DNA from: Enterobacteriaceae endosymbiont of Donacia provostii
GTDB taxonomy: Bacteria; Pseudomonadota; Gammaproteobacteria; Enterobacterales; Enterobacteriaceae
Length of the DNA: 32,000 nucleotides
Direction of reading: 5' to 3'
Assembly (NCBI RefSeq): GCF_012570145.1
Contig: NZ_CP046206.1
Location: forward strand, 314,955-346,954
Part shown: piece by piece, positions 20,865-31,915 of the stretch
How positions within the stretch are numbered: position 1 is the stretch's first letter
Layout of the letters: each line of letters starts with the position of its first letter
The notes under the pieces: generated by a model
What the model was told of the DNA's origin: nothing
The model's input: the letters and a program-made list of their open reading frames with translations, nothing else
The model's database searches: none
Made by a program: the position numbers and the translations under genes

Positions 20865-21977
20865 ATGAATTCTCATATTTTAGCATCCAAATGGCGTCCT
20901 TATTCATTTAATAATGTAATAGGTCAAAATCATGTAATACAAGCTATTAAATATAGTTTATCTATTAAAAAAATTCATCCTGCTTGGATATTATCTGGTA
21001 GTAGAGGGATAGGTAAAACAACAATTGCAAGAATTTTTGCTATGGGTTTAAGTTGTTTACAAGGTGTAACAAATAATCCATGTGGATATTGCGAAAATTG
21101 TATATCCATAAAAAAAAATTCTTTTTTAGATTTAATTGAATTAGATTCTGCATCTAAAACAAAGGTAGAAGATATTAGAGAAATTTTAGAAATAATATAT
21201 TATCCTCCTGTAAAAGGAAAATATAAAATATATATTTTTGATGAATTTCATATGTTATCTAAACATAGTTTTAATGCTTTATTAAAAATAATAGAAGAAC
21301 CTCCAGAATATATAAAATTTATATTTGCCACTACAGAATTACAAAAAATACCATCTACAATATTATCAAGATGTATTCAATTTCATTTAAAATTAATAGA
21401 TAAAAACATTATTTTTAATCAACTTAAGTATATTTTAAATAAAGAAAATTTTAAATATGATGAAGAAGCATTAAAAATTTTATCTGAAACATCAGATGGT
21501 AGTATGCGTGATGCTCTAAATTTAACAGATCAATTAATATCTATGGGAGAATTAACAACATATAATGTTTATTTAATGCTCGGATTAATAAAAAAAAAAT
21601 ATTTATTTTTATTAATAGAAAATTTTAAAACACAAAAATATAATATAATTTTTAATTTAATTTATCAAATTTCTAAATTTAATGTTAATTGGTTAACTAT
21701 TATAACAGAGATAATGATATTACTACATCATATTTTAAAAATAAAAATTTTAAATAAGAATTTAAATAATTTGCTAAAAGATTCTAATTTTCAAAAAAAT
21801 GAAATTTTTTTTTATAAAAATATATTAGATAAATTTTCTGAAATAGAACTAAAAAATTTATATAATATTTTAAGTAAAGGTAAAAAAAATTTATATTTAT
21901 CTCCAAACCCTAAAGTAGGATTTGAAATGATTATACTAGAAATAATCATATATCTAAAAAATATAAATGAAATTTAA
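20865..21977 (+). CDS. dnaX: DNA polymerase III clamp-loader subunit DnaX. This is a short, gamma-core-only form containing domains I-III.
   Basis: This 370-aa ORF contains KWRPYSFNNVIGQNHV, the Walker A motif GSRGIGKTTIAR, a Zn module CGYCENC, the Walker B motif IFDEFHML, SRC (LSRCIQFHL) and the sensor GSMRDALNLTDQ. It ends ...GFEMIILEIIIYL, equivalent to E. coli GVEMTLLRALAF at about residue 365. E. coli tau has 643 aa and gamma has 431 aa. Confidence 0.95.
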   Translation: MNSHILASKWRPYSFNNVIGQNHVIQAIKYSLSIKKIHPAWILSGSRGIGKTTIARIFAMGLSCLQGVTNNPCGYCENCISIKKNSFLDLIELDSASKTKVEDIREILEIIYYPPVKGKYKIYIFDEFHMLSKHSFNALLKIIEEPPEYIKFIFATTELQKIPSTILSRCIQFHLKLIDKNIIFNQLKYILNKENFKYDEEALKILSETSDGSMRDALNLTDQLISMGELTTYNVYLMLGLIKKKYLFLLIENFKTQKYNIIFNLIYQISKFNVNWLTIITEIMILLHHILKIKILNKNLNNLLKDSNFQKNEIFFYKNILDKFSEIELKNLYNILSKGKKNLYLSPNPKVGFEMIILEIIIYLKNINEI

Positions 21978-22091
21978 AAATATTTAAATAGTTATTATTT
22001 TAATATATAAAACTATCTGTTTATTATTGTATTTTATAAAATTTAAATATATATATTTGTATATGTTTTTATAGAAAAGAGTAAAACTAAT

Positions 22092-23975
22092 ATGAAAAAA
22101 AAAGAAACACTTAGTTTTCAATCTGAAGTAAAACAATTATTACATTTAATGATTCATTCTCTTTATTCAAATAAAGAAATTTTCTTACGAGAATTAATTT
22201 CTAATGCTTCTGATGCAGTTGATAAATTAAAATTTCAAGCTTTATCTAAACCAGATTTATATGAAAATAATTCAAATTTTAAAATACAAATTTCTATTGA
22301 TAAAGAAAAAAAATTAATTACCATTAGTGATAATGGTATTGGAATGACTCGTAAAGAAGTCATTGAAAATTTAGGTACTATTGCTAAATCAGGTACTAAA
22401 GATTTTATTAAATCTTTAAATTTATCTTCAAATAATAAAACAGAAATAAATTCACACTTAATAGGACAATTTGGTGTAGGATTTTATTCTTCTTTTATAG
22501 TAGCTGATAAAGTTATAGTTAAAACTAGAGCTGCTGGAAATCCTATAGATCAGGGAGTATTTTGGAAATCAAAAGGAGAAGGAAATTATGAAATAGCTAA
22601 CATTAATAAAGAATTAAGAGGTACTGAAATTATATTACATATACGAGAAAAATGTAAAGAATTTTTAGATATATGGCGCATAAAAACAATAATTAGTAAA
22701 TATTCAGAACACATTTCTCTTCCTATAGAAGTAAAAACATATAATGAAAAAGAAAAGAAATATTTTTGGGAACAAGTTAATAAGGCACAGGCTCTTTGGT
22801 TACGAAATAAATCAAATATAAGTGAAAATGAATATAAAGAATTTTATAAACAACTAACATATGATCAAACTGATCCAATTATTTGGAGTCATAATCATGT
22901 AGAAGGAAAACAAGAATATATTAGTTTATTATACATTCCTTCTACAATTCCTTGGGATATACGTAATAGAGATTATAAAAATGGATTAAAATTATATGTA
23001 CAACGAGTTTTTATTATGGAAGATGCAGAACAATTATTACCTAAGTATTTAAGATTTATAAGAGGTTTAATTGATTCTAATGATTTACCTTTAAATATTT
23101 CTCGAGAAATTTTACAGAAGAATAGTATTATTCATAATATGAAAATTACATTAACAAAAAAAGTTCTTAATATGTTAATGTCTCTTACTAAACAACCAAA
23201 AAAATATAATGATTTTTGGAAAAAATATGGTTTGATTTTTAAAGAAGGTCCTGCAGAAGATATAAAAAATAAAAATTTAATTATAAAATTATTACGTTTT
23301 ACTTCAACTTTTAATAATGATGCTGAACAAAATATTTCTTTAAATGAATATGTTAAAAGAATGATAAAAGGACAAAAAAAAATATATTTTTTAACATCAG
23401 ATAATTATTTATCTGCAAAAAATAGTCCTCATTTAGAATTTTTTAATAAAAAAGGAATAGAAGTATTGTTATTAGTAGATCATATTGATGAATGGATGAT
23501 GAGTTATATTAATGAATTTGAGGGTAAAACATTTCAATCTATTAGTAAACAAGATGATTCATTAGATGAATTTATTAAAAATAAAGATAATATTATAGAA
23601 GACAAAATAAAAAAAGAATTTCAACCTTTTTTAAAAAAAATACAAGATTTATTAGGAAATAAAATTAAAAAAGTAAAATTAACAAATAAATTAATTAAGA
23701 CTCCTGCTATTGTAACTACTGATTCAAATGAAATGAGTACACAAATGGCAAAATTATTTGCAGCTGCAGGACAAGAAACTCCAGAAATAAAATATAATTT
23801 TGAATTAAATCCTAATCATATTTTAATTAAAAAAATTTTAACAATTAAAGATAAAGATTATTTTTCAGAATTTATATATTTATTGTTAGATGAAGCTATT
23901 TTAGCAGAAAAAGGTACTTTAGAAGATCCAAATCAATTTATTCATCGTATAAATAATTTTTTATCAAAAATTTAA
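22092..23975 (+). CDS. htpG: Chaperone HtpG (Hsp90)
   Basis: This 627-aa ORF begins [53 protein letters not shown] and LNISREILQ are canonical Hsp90 motifs. Confidence 0.98.
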   Translation: MKKKETLSFQSEVKQLLHLMIHSLYSNKEIFLRELISNASDAVDKLKFQALSKPDLYENNSNFKIQISIDKEKKLITISDNGIGMTRKEVIENLGTIAKSGTKDFIKSLNLSSNNKTEINSHLIGQFGVGFYSSFIVADKVIVKTRAAGNPIDQGVFWKSKGEGNYEIANINKELRGTEIILHIREKCKEFLDIWRIKTIISKYSEHISLPIEVKTYNEKEKKYFWEQVNKAQALWLRNKSNISENEYKEFYKQLTYDQTDPIIWSHNHVEGKQEYISLLYIPSTIPWDIRNRDYKNGLKLYVQRVFIMEDAEQLLPKYLRFIRGLIDSNDLPLNISREILQKNSIIHNMKITLTKKVLNMLMSLTKQPKKYNDFWKKYGLIFKEGPAEDIKNKNLIIKLLRFTSTFNNDAEQNISLNEYVKRMIKGQKKIYFLTSDNYLSAKNSPHLEFFNKKGIEVLLLVDHIDEWMMSYINEFEGKTFQSISKQDDSLDEFIKNKDNIIEDKIKKEFQPFLKKIQDLLGNKIKKVKLTNKLIKTPAIVTTDSNEMSTQMAKLFAAAGQETPEIKYNFELNPNHILIKKILTIKDKDYFSEFIYLLLDEAILAEKGTLEDPNQFIHRINNFLSKI

Positions 23976-23995
23976 ATATAGCATGGATAAGATAA

Positions 23996-24027
23996 TTATT
24001 AAAATAATTATCTTATCTTAAATAAAA
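23996..24027 (+). terminator. Perfect hairpin 21 nt after the htpG stop (candidate terminator)
   Basis: GATAAGATAATTATT and AATAATTATCTTATC form 15-nt perfect inverted arms, of which about 13 bp can pair around a small loop. The downstream tract TTAAATAAAAAA is not a good U-run, so the call is tentative. Confidence 0.35.
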
Positions 24028-24198
24028 AATTAAGTAATATTTAAAATATTATTTTTTTAAATAAAACTATTATTTAAAATGTTTTTATGATTTAATAAAA
24101 ATAATTAGAATATAAAGATATTCTATATATAAATTTATGTCTTATTTTATTTTAAAAAATAAGAATTTTATTCACAATAAAAATTTATTAATATAAAA

Positions 24199-24726
24199 AT
24201 GGCAGAAAAAAGAAATATATTTTTAATAGGACCTATGGGAGCAGGAAAAAGTACGATTGGTCGTCATTTAGCAAATTTATTAAAAATGGATTTTTTTGAT
24301 TCAGATCAAGAAATTGAACGTCGTACAGGTGCAGATATAAATTGGGTATTTGATGTGGAAGGAGAAAAAGGTTTTAGAAAACGTGAAAAAAAAATTATTG
24401 ATGAAATTACTCAAAAACAAGGTATTGTCTTAGCTACAGGTGGGGGATCTATTCAATCTAAAGAAACTAGAAAAATTCTTTCTTCTAGAGGAATAGTTGT
24501 ATATCTGAAAACTACCATAGAAAAACAGTTAAGTCGTACAAAAAGAGATAAAAAACGTCCTTTATTAAAAAACAAACAAAATCAATTAGCTAGAGAAATT
24601 TTAGAAAATTTAGCTAAGAAAAGAAATTATTTATATGATGAAATAGCTGATATTATTATTAAAACAGATGAACAAAGTGCAAAAGTTGTTGCTAATCAAC
24701 TTATTCATTTATTAGAAAAAAATTAA
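24199..24726 (+). CDS. aroK: Shikimate kinase I
   Basis: This 175-aa ORF begins [25 protein letters not shown], against E. coli [25 protein letters not shown]. The C-terminus [14 protein letters not shown] is conserved. Confidence 0.98.
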   Translation: MAEKRNIFLIGPMGAGKSTIGRHLANLLKMDFFDSDQEIERRTGADINWVFDVEGEKGFRKREKKIIDEITQKQGIVLATGGGSIQSKETRKILSSRGIVVYLKTTIEKQLSRTKRDKKRPLLKNKQNQLAREILENLAKKRNYLYDEIADIIIKTDEQSAKVVANQLIHLLEKN

Positions 24727-24766
24727 TTGTATTATTTTATTAGATAAAAAAAGGATAATATTATAT

Positions 24767-25867
24767 ATGGAAAAAACTATTTTAGTTTCAACAAAAAAAA
24801 ATAATTATCCTATTGTTATAGATTTTAATTTATTTGAAAAAAAAATATTTTTTCCCTTTCTTAAGAAAGGTGATAGTATTTTGATTATTACTAATCAAAA
24901 AGTTTTTTCTTTATATTTTAAAAAAATTTTTAATCAATTTATTAATATTGGTCTTAAAATTAATCATATTATTTTACCTGATGGTGAACAATATAAAACA
25001 TTAGTTACTGTTAATATTATTTTTACATCATTACTTAAAAATTTACATAGTAGAGATACTACTTTAATTGCTTTAGGTGGTGGGGTAATAGGTGATATAA
25101 CAGGATTTGCTGCTTCTGTATATCAAAGAGGTGTAAAATATATACAAATACCTACTACTTTATTATCACAAATTGATTCTTCAATAGGAGGTAAAACAGC
25201 TGTAAATCATGATTTAGGTAAAAATATGATTGGTAGTTTTTATCAACCTAAAATGGTATTAATTAATTTAAGTTGTTTATATACTTTATCTAAAAGGGAA
25301 TTTTCTGCAGGTTTAGCTGAAATTGTTAAGTATAGTATTATTTTTGATAAAAAATTTTTTATTTGGTTAGAAAATAATATTGATGAATTGTTTAACTTAA
25401 ATAAAAATAAAATAATCTATTGTATTCATAAATGTTGTAAATTAAAATCTAAAATAATTTCTGAAGATGAATATGAAAAAAATAAAAGAGCATTATTAAA
25501 TTTAGGTCATACTTATGCTCATGCTATAGAAACTGAATTAGGATATGGTAAATGGTTACATGGAGAAGCTGTAGCGATAGGTATTATAATTGCAACTCTA
25601 ACTTCTAAAAAATTAAATTTATTAAAAAATTCAGAAGATATAATAAAAATTATTAATTTATTAAAAAAATGTAAATTACCTATCAAATTACCAAATAGTA
25701 TGAATGCACATAAGTTTTTAAAACATATTTATAGAGATAAAAAAAATAAACAAAAAAATATTAATCTTATTTTACCAATTAAAATTGGTAAAGTTTTAAT
25801 ATATAAAAATGTTTCTGAAAAAGTTATTATTGATGTTATTAATAATAATAAAAATTTATTGTTTTAA
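24767..25867 (+). CDS. aroB: 3-dehydroquinate synthase
   Basis: This 366-aa ORF contains LGGGVIGDITGFAAS, SIGGKTAVNH and LNLGHTYAHAIE...HGEAVAIG, which are DHQ synthase motifs. It follows aroK, as in E. coli. Confidence 0.96.
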   Translation: MEKTILVSTKKNNYPIVIDFNLFEKKIFFPFLKKGDSILIITNQKVFSLYFKKIFNQFINIGLKINHIILPDGEQYKTLVTVNIIFTSLLKNLHSRDTTLIALGGGVIGDITGFAASVYQRGVKYIQIPTTLLSQIDSSIGGKTAVNHDLGKNMIGSFYQPKMVLINLSCLYTLSKREFSAGLAEIVKYSIIFDKKFFIWLENNIDELFNLNKNKIIYCIHKCCKLKSKIISEDEYEKNKRALLNLGHTYAHAIETELGYGKWLHGEAVAIGIIIATLTSKKLNLLKNSEDIIKIINLLKKCKLPIKLPNSMNAHKFLKHIYRDKKNKQKNINLILPIKIGKVLIYKNVSEKVIIDVINNNKNLLF

Positions 25868-25916
25868 ATTATTAATATATAATATTAATTATATTTATAA
25901 TTTTATTTTTTATATA

Positions 25917-26591
25917 ATGAAAAACATTTTAATTGCTGCGTCTATTTTATCTGCTAATTTTGCCTATTTAGGAAAAGAAATTGAAGATGTTCTTAAAGCA
26001 GGAGCTGATTTAATACATTTTGATGTTATGGATAATTATTATGTACCTAATTTAACTATTGGTCCTTTAGTTTTAAAATCTTTAAGAAATTATGGAATTA
26101 AATGTATAATAGATGTACATTTAATGACAAAAAAAGTAGATGATTTAATCATAAAATTTGCAAAGGCAGGAGCTAATATTATTACTTTACATCCTGAAAA
26201 TTCTTATCATTTAGATAGAAGTATTTCCTTAATAAGGAAATATGGATGTAAAGCTGGTATAGTTTTAAATCCTTCAACTCCTTTATGTTGTTTTGATTAT
26301 ATTATTAATAAATTAGACATAATTACAATTATGTCTGTTAATCCTGGTTTTGAAAAACAAATTTTTTTAAATTTTATTTATGATAAAATTATTAAAATTA
26401 AAAAAATTATAAAAAAAAAAAAAATTTTATTAGAAATAGATGGGGGTATTAATATAGATAATATTAAAAAAGTTGCTATTGCTGGAGCAGATATTCTTGT
26501 AATAGGTTCAGCTATATTTAAAAGTTCATTTTCATATGAACAAACTCTTCAAACCATGAAATTAAAATTAAATAACATTTCAAAAAATTAA
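25917..26591 (+). CDS. rpe: Ribulose-phosphate 3-epimerase
   Basis: The track ORF starts at 25809. Homology begins at M37 (ATG 25917): [50 protein letters not shown], against E. coli [50 protein letters not shown]. This start gives 224 aa. Confidence 0.95.
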   Translation: [224 protein letters not shown]

Positions 26592-26609
26592 AATATATTA
26601 TAGTTAATT

Positions 26610-27608
26610 ATGAAAAAAAAAATAATATTTAGTGGTATTCAACCTACTGGTATATTAACAATAGGAAATTATATTGGTGCATTAAGTCAATGGAAAAAAT
26701 TACAAAAAAAATATTTTTGTATTTATTGCATAGCTGATTTACATGCTTTAACTAATTATCACAAAAAAAGTATATTAAATAATAATATATTAAATACTTT
26801 ATCATTATTTTTAGCATCAGGTATTAATCCTGAAAAAAGTATTATTTTTATACAGTCACATGTACCTCAACATACTCAGTTATGTTGGATTTTAAATTGT
26901 TTTACTAATTTTAGTATAATGAAAAGAATGATACAATTTAAAGAAAAAATAAATTCAAATAAAAATGTTAATATGGGGTTATTTAATTATCCTATATTAA
27001 TGGCTGCTGATATATTATTATATCAAACATATAAAGTACCAGTAGGTAAAGATCAGATTCAACATATTGAATTAGTGAGAGATATTGCTTGTAAATTTAA
27101 TAATTTTTATGGGGAAAAAATATTTAAAATTCCTGAAAAAAAAATGAATAAAAATTTTGGTTCATGTATAATGTCATTATTAAATCCTATGAAAAAAATG
27201 TCTAAATCTGATAAAAATAAAAATAATATAATCACATTATTTGATGATGATATAATAATTAGGAAAAAAATTAAATCTGCTGTAACAGATTCTAATAATC
27301 CTCCAAAAATAGTATTTGATTTGAAAAATAAACCTGGTATTTCTAATTTACTTATTATATTATCTAATATAACTAAAATACCTATAGAGAAATTAGAATT
27401 TCGTTTTAAAAATAAAAATTACAATGATTTTAAAGAATCTGTTGTTTATAATTTATGTTTATTTTTAAATAAATTAAGAAAAAAATATTATTTTTATAGA
27501 AAGAATGAAGAATTGTTAAAAAATATTATTAATAACGGATCGAAAAAAGCAAAAAAATATGCTAAAATTACTTTAAAAAAAGTACATAATGTTATTGGTT
27601 TAAAATAA
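26610..27608 (+). CDS. trpS: Tryptophan--tRNA ligase
   Basis: This 332-aa ORF begins IFSGIQPTGILTIGNYIGAL (the class I HIGH-region equivalent) and contains KMSKSD. It is colinear with E. coli TrpS (334 aa). Confidence 0.97.
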   Translation: MKKKIIFSGIQPTGILTIGNYIGALSQWKKLQKKYFCIYCIADLHALTNYHKKSILNNNILNTLSLFLASGINPEKSIIFIQSHVPQHTQLCWILNCFTNFSIMKRMIQFKEKINSNKNVNMGLFNYPILMAADILLYQTYKVPVGKDQIQHIELVRDIACKFNNFYGEKIFKIPEKKMNKNFGSCIMSLLNPMKKMSKSDKNKNNIITLFDDDIIIRKKIKSAVTDSNNPPKIVFDLKNKPGISNLLIILSNITKIPIEKLEFRFKNKNYNDFKESVVYNLCLFLNKLRKKYYFYRKNEELLKNIINNGSKKAKKYAKITLKKVHNVIGLK

Positions 27609-27625
27609 ATATTTAATAAATTTAC

Positions 27626-28255
27626 TTATCTTGTACCATATATAACTATGGTTTTACCATGAGCATATATTAAATTACGGTTTTTTAAAATTTTAAGTGT
27701 ACGACCTACAGTTTCTCTAGAACAACCGACTATTTTACCTATTTCTTGTCTAGTAATTTTTATTTGCATACCATCTGGATGTGTAATTGCATCTGGAGAT
27801 TTAGCTAAATTTAATAATGTTTGAAAAATTCTACGAGTTACATCTAAAAAAGCTAGATTACTAATTTTCTTAAATGTAATTTGTAATTTACTTACAATTT
27901 GTGAAGCAATTTTCATTATAATATCATTATTAATTTTAATTAAATTAAAAAAATTTTTATATGAAATTTTTGCTAATTCACATTCTGTTTTTAATTTAAT
28001 TAATGTAATTTCTTTATAAGAATTATTAAAAATTCTTGTTTCACCAACAAAACTACCTGCATTTAAATAATTAAGTATTATTTCTTTACCATTATTATTT
28101 TTAATAGAAACAACAATAATTCCTTTTAATACATAATATAAATTCTTAGTAACATCCCCTTGTTTTATTAAAACCATTTTAGCAGGGTATTTATTAATAT
28201 TACAATAAGAAAGAAACCATTCTAAAGTAGAATCTTTTTGTAACTTAAGAAACAT
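27626..28255 (-). CDS. crp: CRP-family global transcription regulator (cAMP receptor protein ortholog)
   Basis: This 209-aa ORF aligns without gaps to my recollection of E. coli CRP. Matching segments are [68 protein letters not shown] and [12 protein letters not shown]. See the findings for the altered ligand-pocket residues. Confidence 0.95.
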   Translation of the reverse strand: MFLKLQKDSTLEWFLSYCNINKYPAKMVLIKQGDVTKNLYYVLKGIIVVSIKNNNGKEIILNYLNAGSFVGETRIFNNSYKEITLIKLKTECELAKISYKNFFNLIKINNDIIMKIASQIVSKLQITFKKISNLAFLDVTRRIFQTLLNLAKSPDAITHPDGMQIKITRQEIGKIVGCSRETVGRTLKILKNRNLIYAHGKTIVIYGTR

Positions 28256-28332
28256 TAGTAATTATCCTTCTACTATTTATATTTTATAAACCTGAAAAAT
28301 TTTTTGTTTAAAAAAAACACATTAATAATAAA

Positions 28333-28405
28333 AGCTGATACCCAGAATTGAACTGAGATCTTCATTCTTACCAAGAATGTGCTTTACCATTTAAGCTATA
28401 TCAGC
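28333..28405 (-). tRNA. thrT: tRNA-Thr (anticodon GGU)
   Basis: The reverse complement is GCTGATATAGCTTAAATGGTAAAGCACATTCTTGGTAAGAATGAAGATCTCAGTTCAATTCTGGGTATCAGCT. The acceptor stem is GCTGATA/TATCAGC and the anticodon loop is TTGGTAA. The 3' flank is TT, so CCA is not encoded. Confidence 0.93.
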
Positions 28406-28458
28406 AAAAAAAATATAGAATAAATAATATTTATATTTGCATTTTAAATTTAAATTAG

Positions 28459-28529
28459 AGCAGACAACGGGAATCGAACCCGTATTTTTAGCTTGGAAGG
28501 CTAAAGTAATACCATTATACAATGTCTGC
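28459..28529 (-). tRNA. glyT: tRNA-Gly (anticodon UCC)
   Basis: The reverse complement is GCAGACATTGTATAATGGTATTACTTTAGCCTTCCAAGCTAAAAATACGGGTTCGATTCCCGTTGTCTGCT. The anticodon loop is CTTCCAA and the T arm is ACGGG/CCCGT. The 3' flank is CTA, not CCA. Confidence 0.93.
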
Positions 28530-28570
28530 TATATTTTAAATTCAAATATTATATTCTTGATAAAAATTTC

Positions 28571-28652
28571 TGGTGGGAGAAGGATTCGAACCTTCGAAGT
28601 CTATGACGACAGATTTACAGTCTGTTCCCGTTAACCACTTGGGTATCCCACC
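28571..28652 (-). tRNA. tyrU: tRNA-Tyr (anticodon GUA), with a long variable arm
   Basis: The reverse complement is GGTGGGATACCCAAGTGGTTAACGGGAACAGACTGTAAATCTGTCGTCATAGACTTCGAAGGTTCGAATCCTTCTCCCACCA. The anticodon loop is CTGTAAA. The 3' flank is GAA, not CCA. Confidence 0.93.
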
Positions 28653-28706
28653 ATTTTTTTAAAATTAATAAAAATTTTTTTATAATATATAACTACAATT
28701 TTCTAA

Positions 28707-28779
28707 TGCCGGCTACCGGGGTCGAACTGGTGACCTACTGATTACAAATCAGTTGCTCTACCATCTGAGCTAAGCCGGC
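28707..28779 (-). tRNA. thrU: tRNA-Thr (anticodon UGU)
   Basis: The reverse complement is GCCGGCTTAGCTCAGATGGTAGAGCAACTGATTTGTAATCAGTAGGTCACCAGTTCGACCCCGGTAGCCGGCA. The anticodon loop is TTTGTAA. The 3' flank is TTA, not CCA. Confidence 0.93.
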
Positions 28780-28802
28780 ATTAAAATTTATCTATATATT
28801 TT

Positions 28803-28921
28803 ATCCTGGTATTTACCTACTCTCACATGAGGAGACCTCACACTACCATTGGCACTACAATGTTTCACTTCTGAGTTCGGAATGGATTCAGGTGGTACCA
28901 TTGCGTTATATATACCAGGAT
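28803..28921 (-). rRNA. rrf: 5S ribosomal RNA
   Basis: The reverse complement is ATCCTGGTATATATAACGCAATGGTACCACCTGAATCCATTCCGAACTCAGAAGTGAAACATTGTAGTGCCAATGGTAGTGTGAGGTCTCCTCATGTGAGAGTAGGTAAATACCAGGAT. It matches the E. coli 5S core (CCGAACUCAGAAGUGAAAC, GAUGGUAGUGUGGGGUCUCC...GAGAGUAGG), and its ends pair as helix I. Confidence 0.95.
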
Positions 28922-28973
28922 TATTTTGTTAAATGTAATTTAAATATTTAAATTTAAACGATTCTGGTGTTGT

Positions 28974-31915
<2,942 letters not shown>

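Noticed and set aside
21590-21599. The A10 run in dnaX as an E. coli-like programmed -1 frameshift site producing a gamma isoform
   Set aside because: The tract lies inside domain III, not after it. A -1 shift reaches a stop after about 10 codons, which would destroy the clamp-loader fold. There is no downstream stem-loop or upstream SD-like stimulator. The full-length product is already gamma-sized.
25809-25916. A 36-codon N-terminal extension of rpe that overlaps the end of aroB
   Set aside because: The extension (MFLKKLLLMLLIIIKIYCF...) has no counterpart in Rpe. Homology to E. coli Rpe starts exactly at the ATG at 25917.
28437-28634. A 65-aa plus-strand ORF
   Set aside because: It runs antisense straight across the tRNA-Gly and tRNA-Tyr genes and is an artefact.
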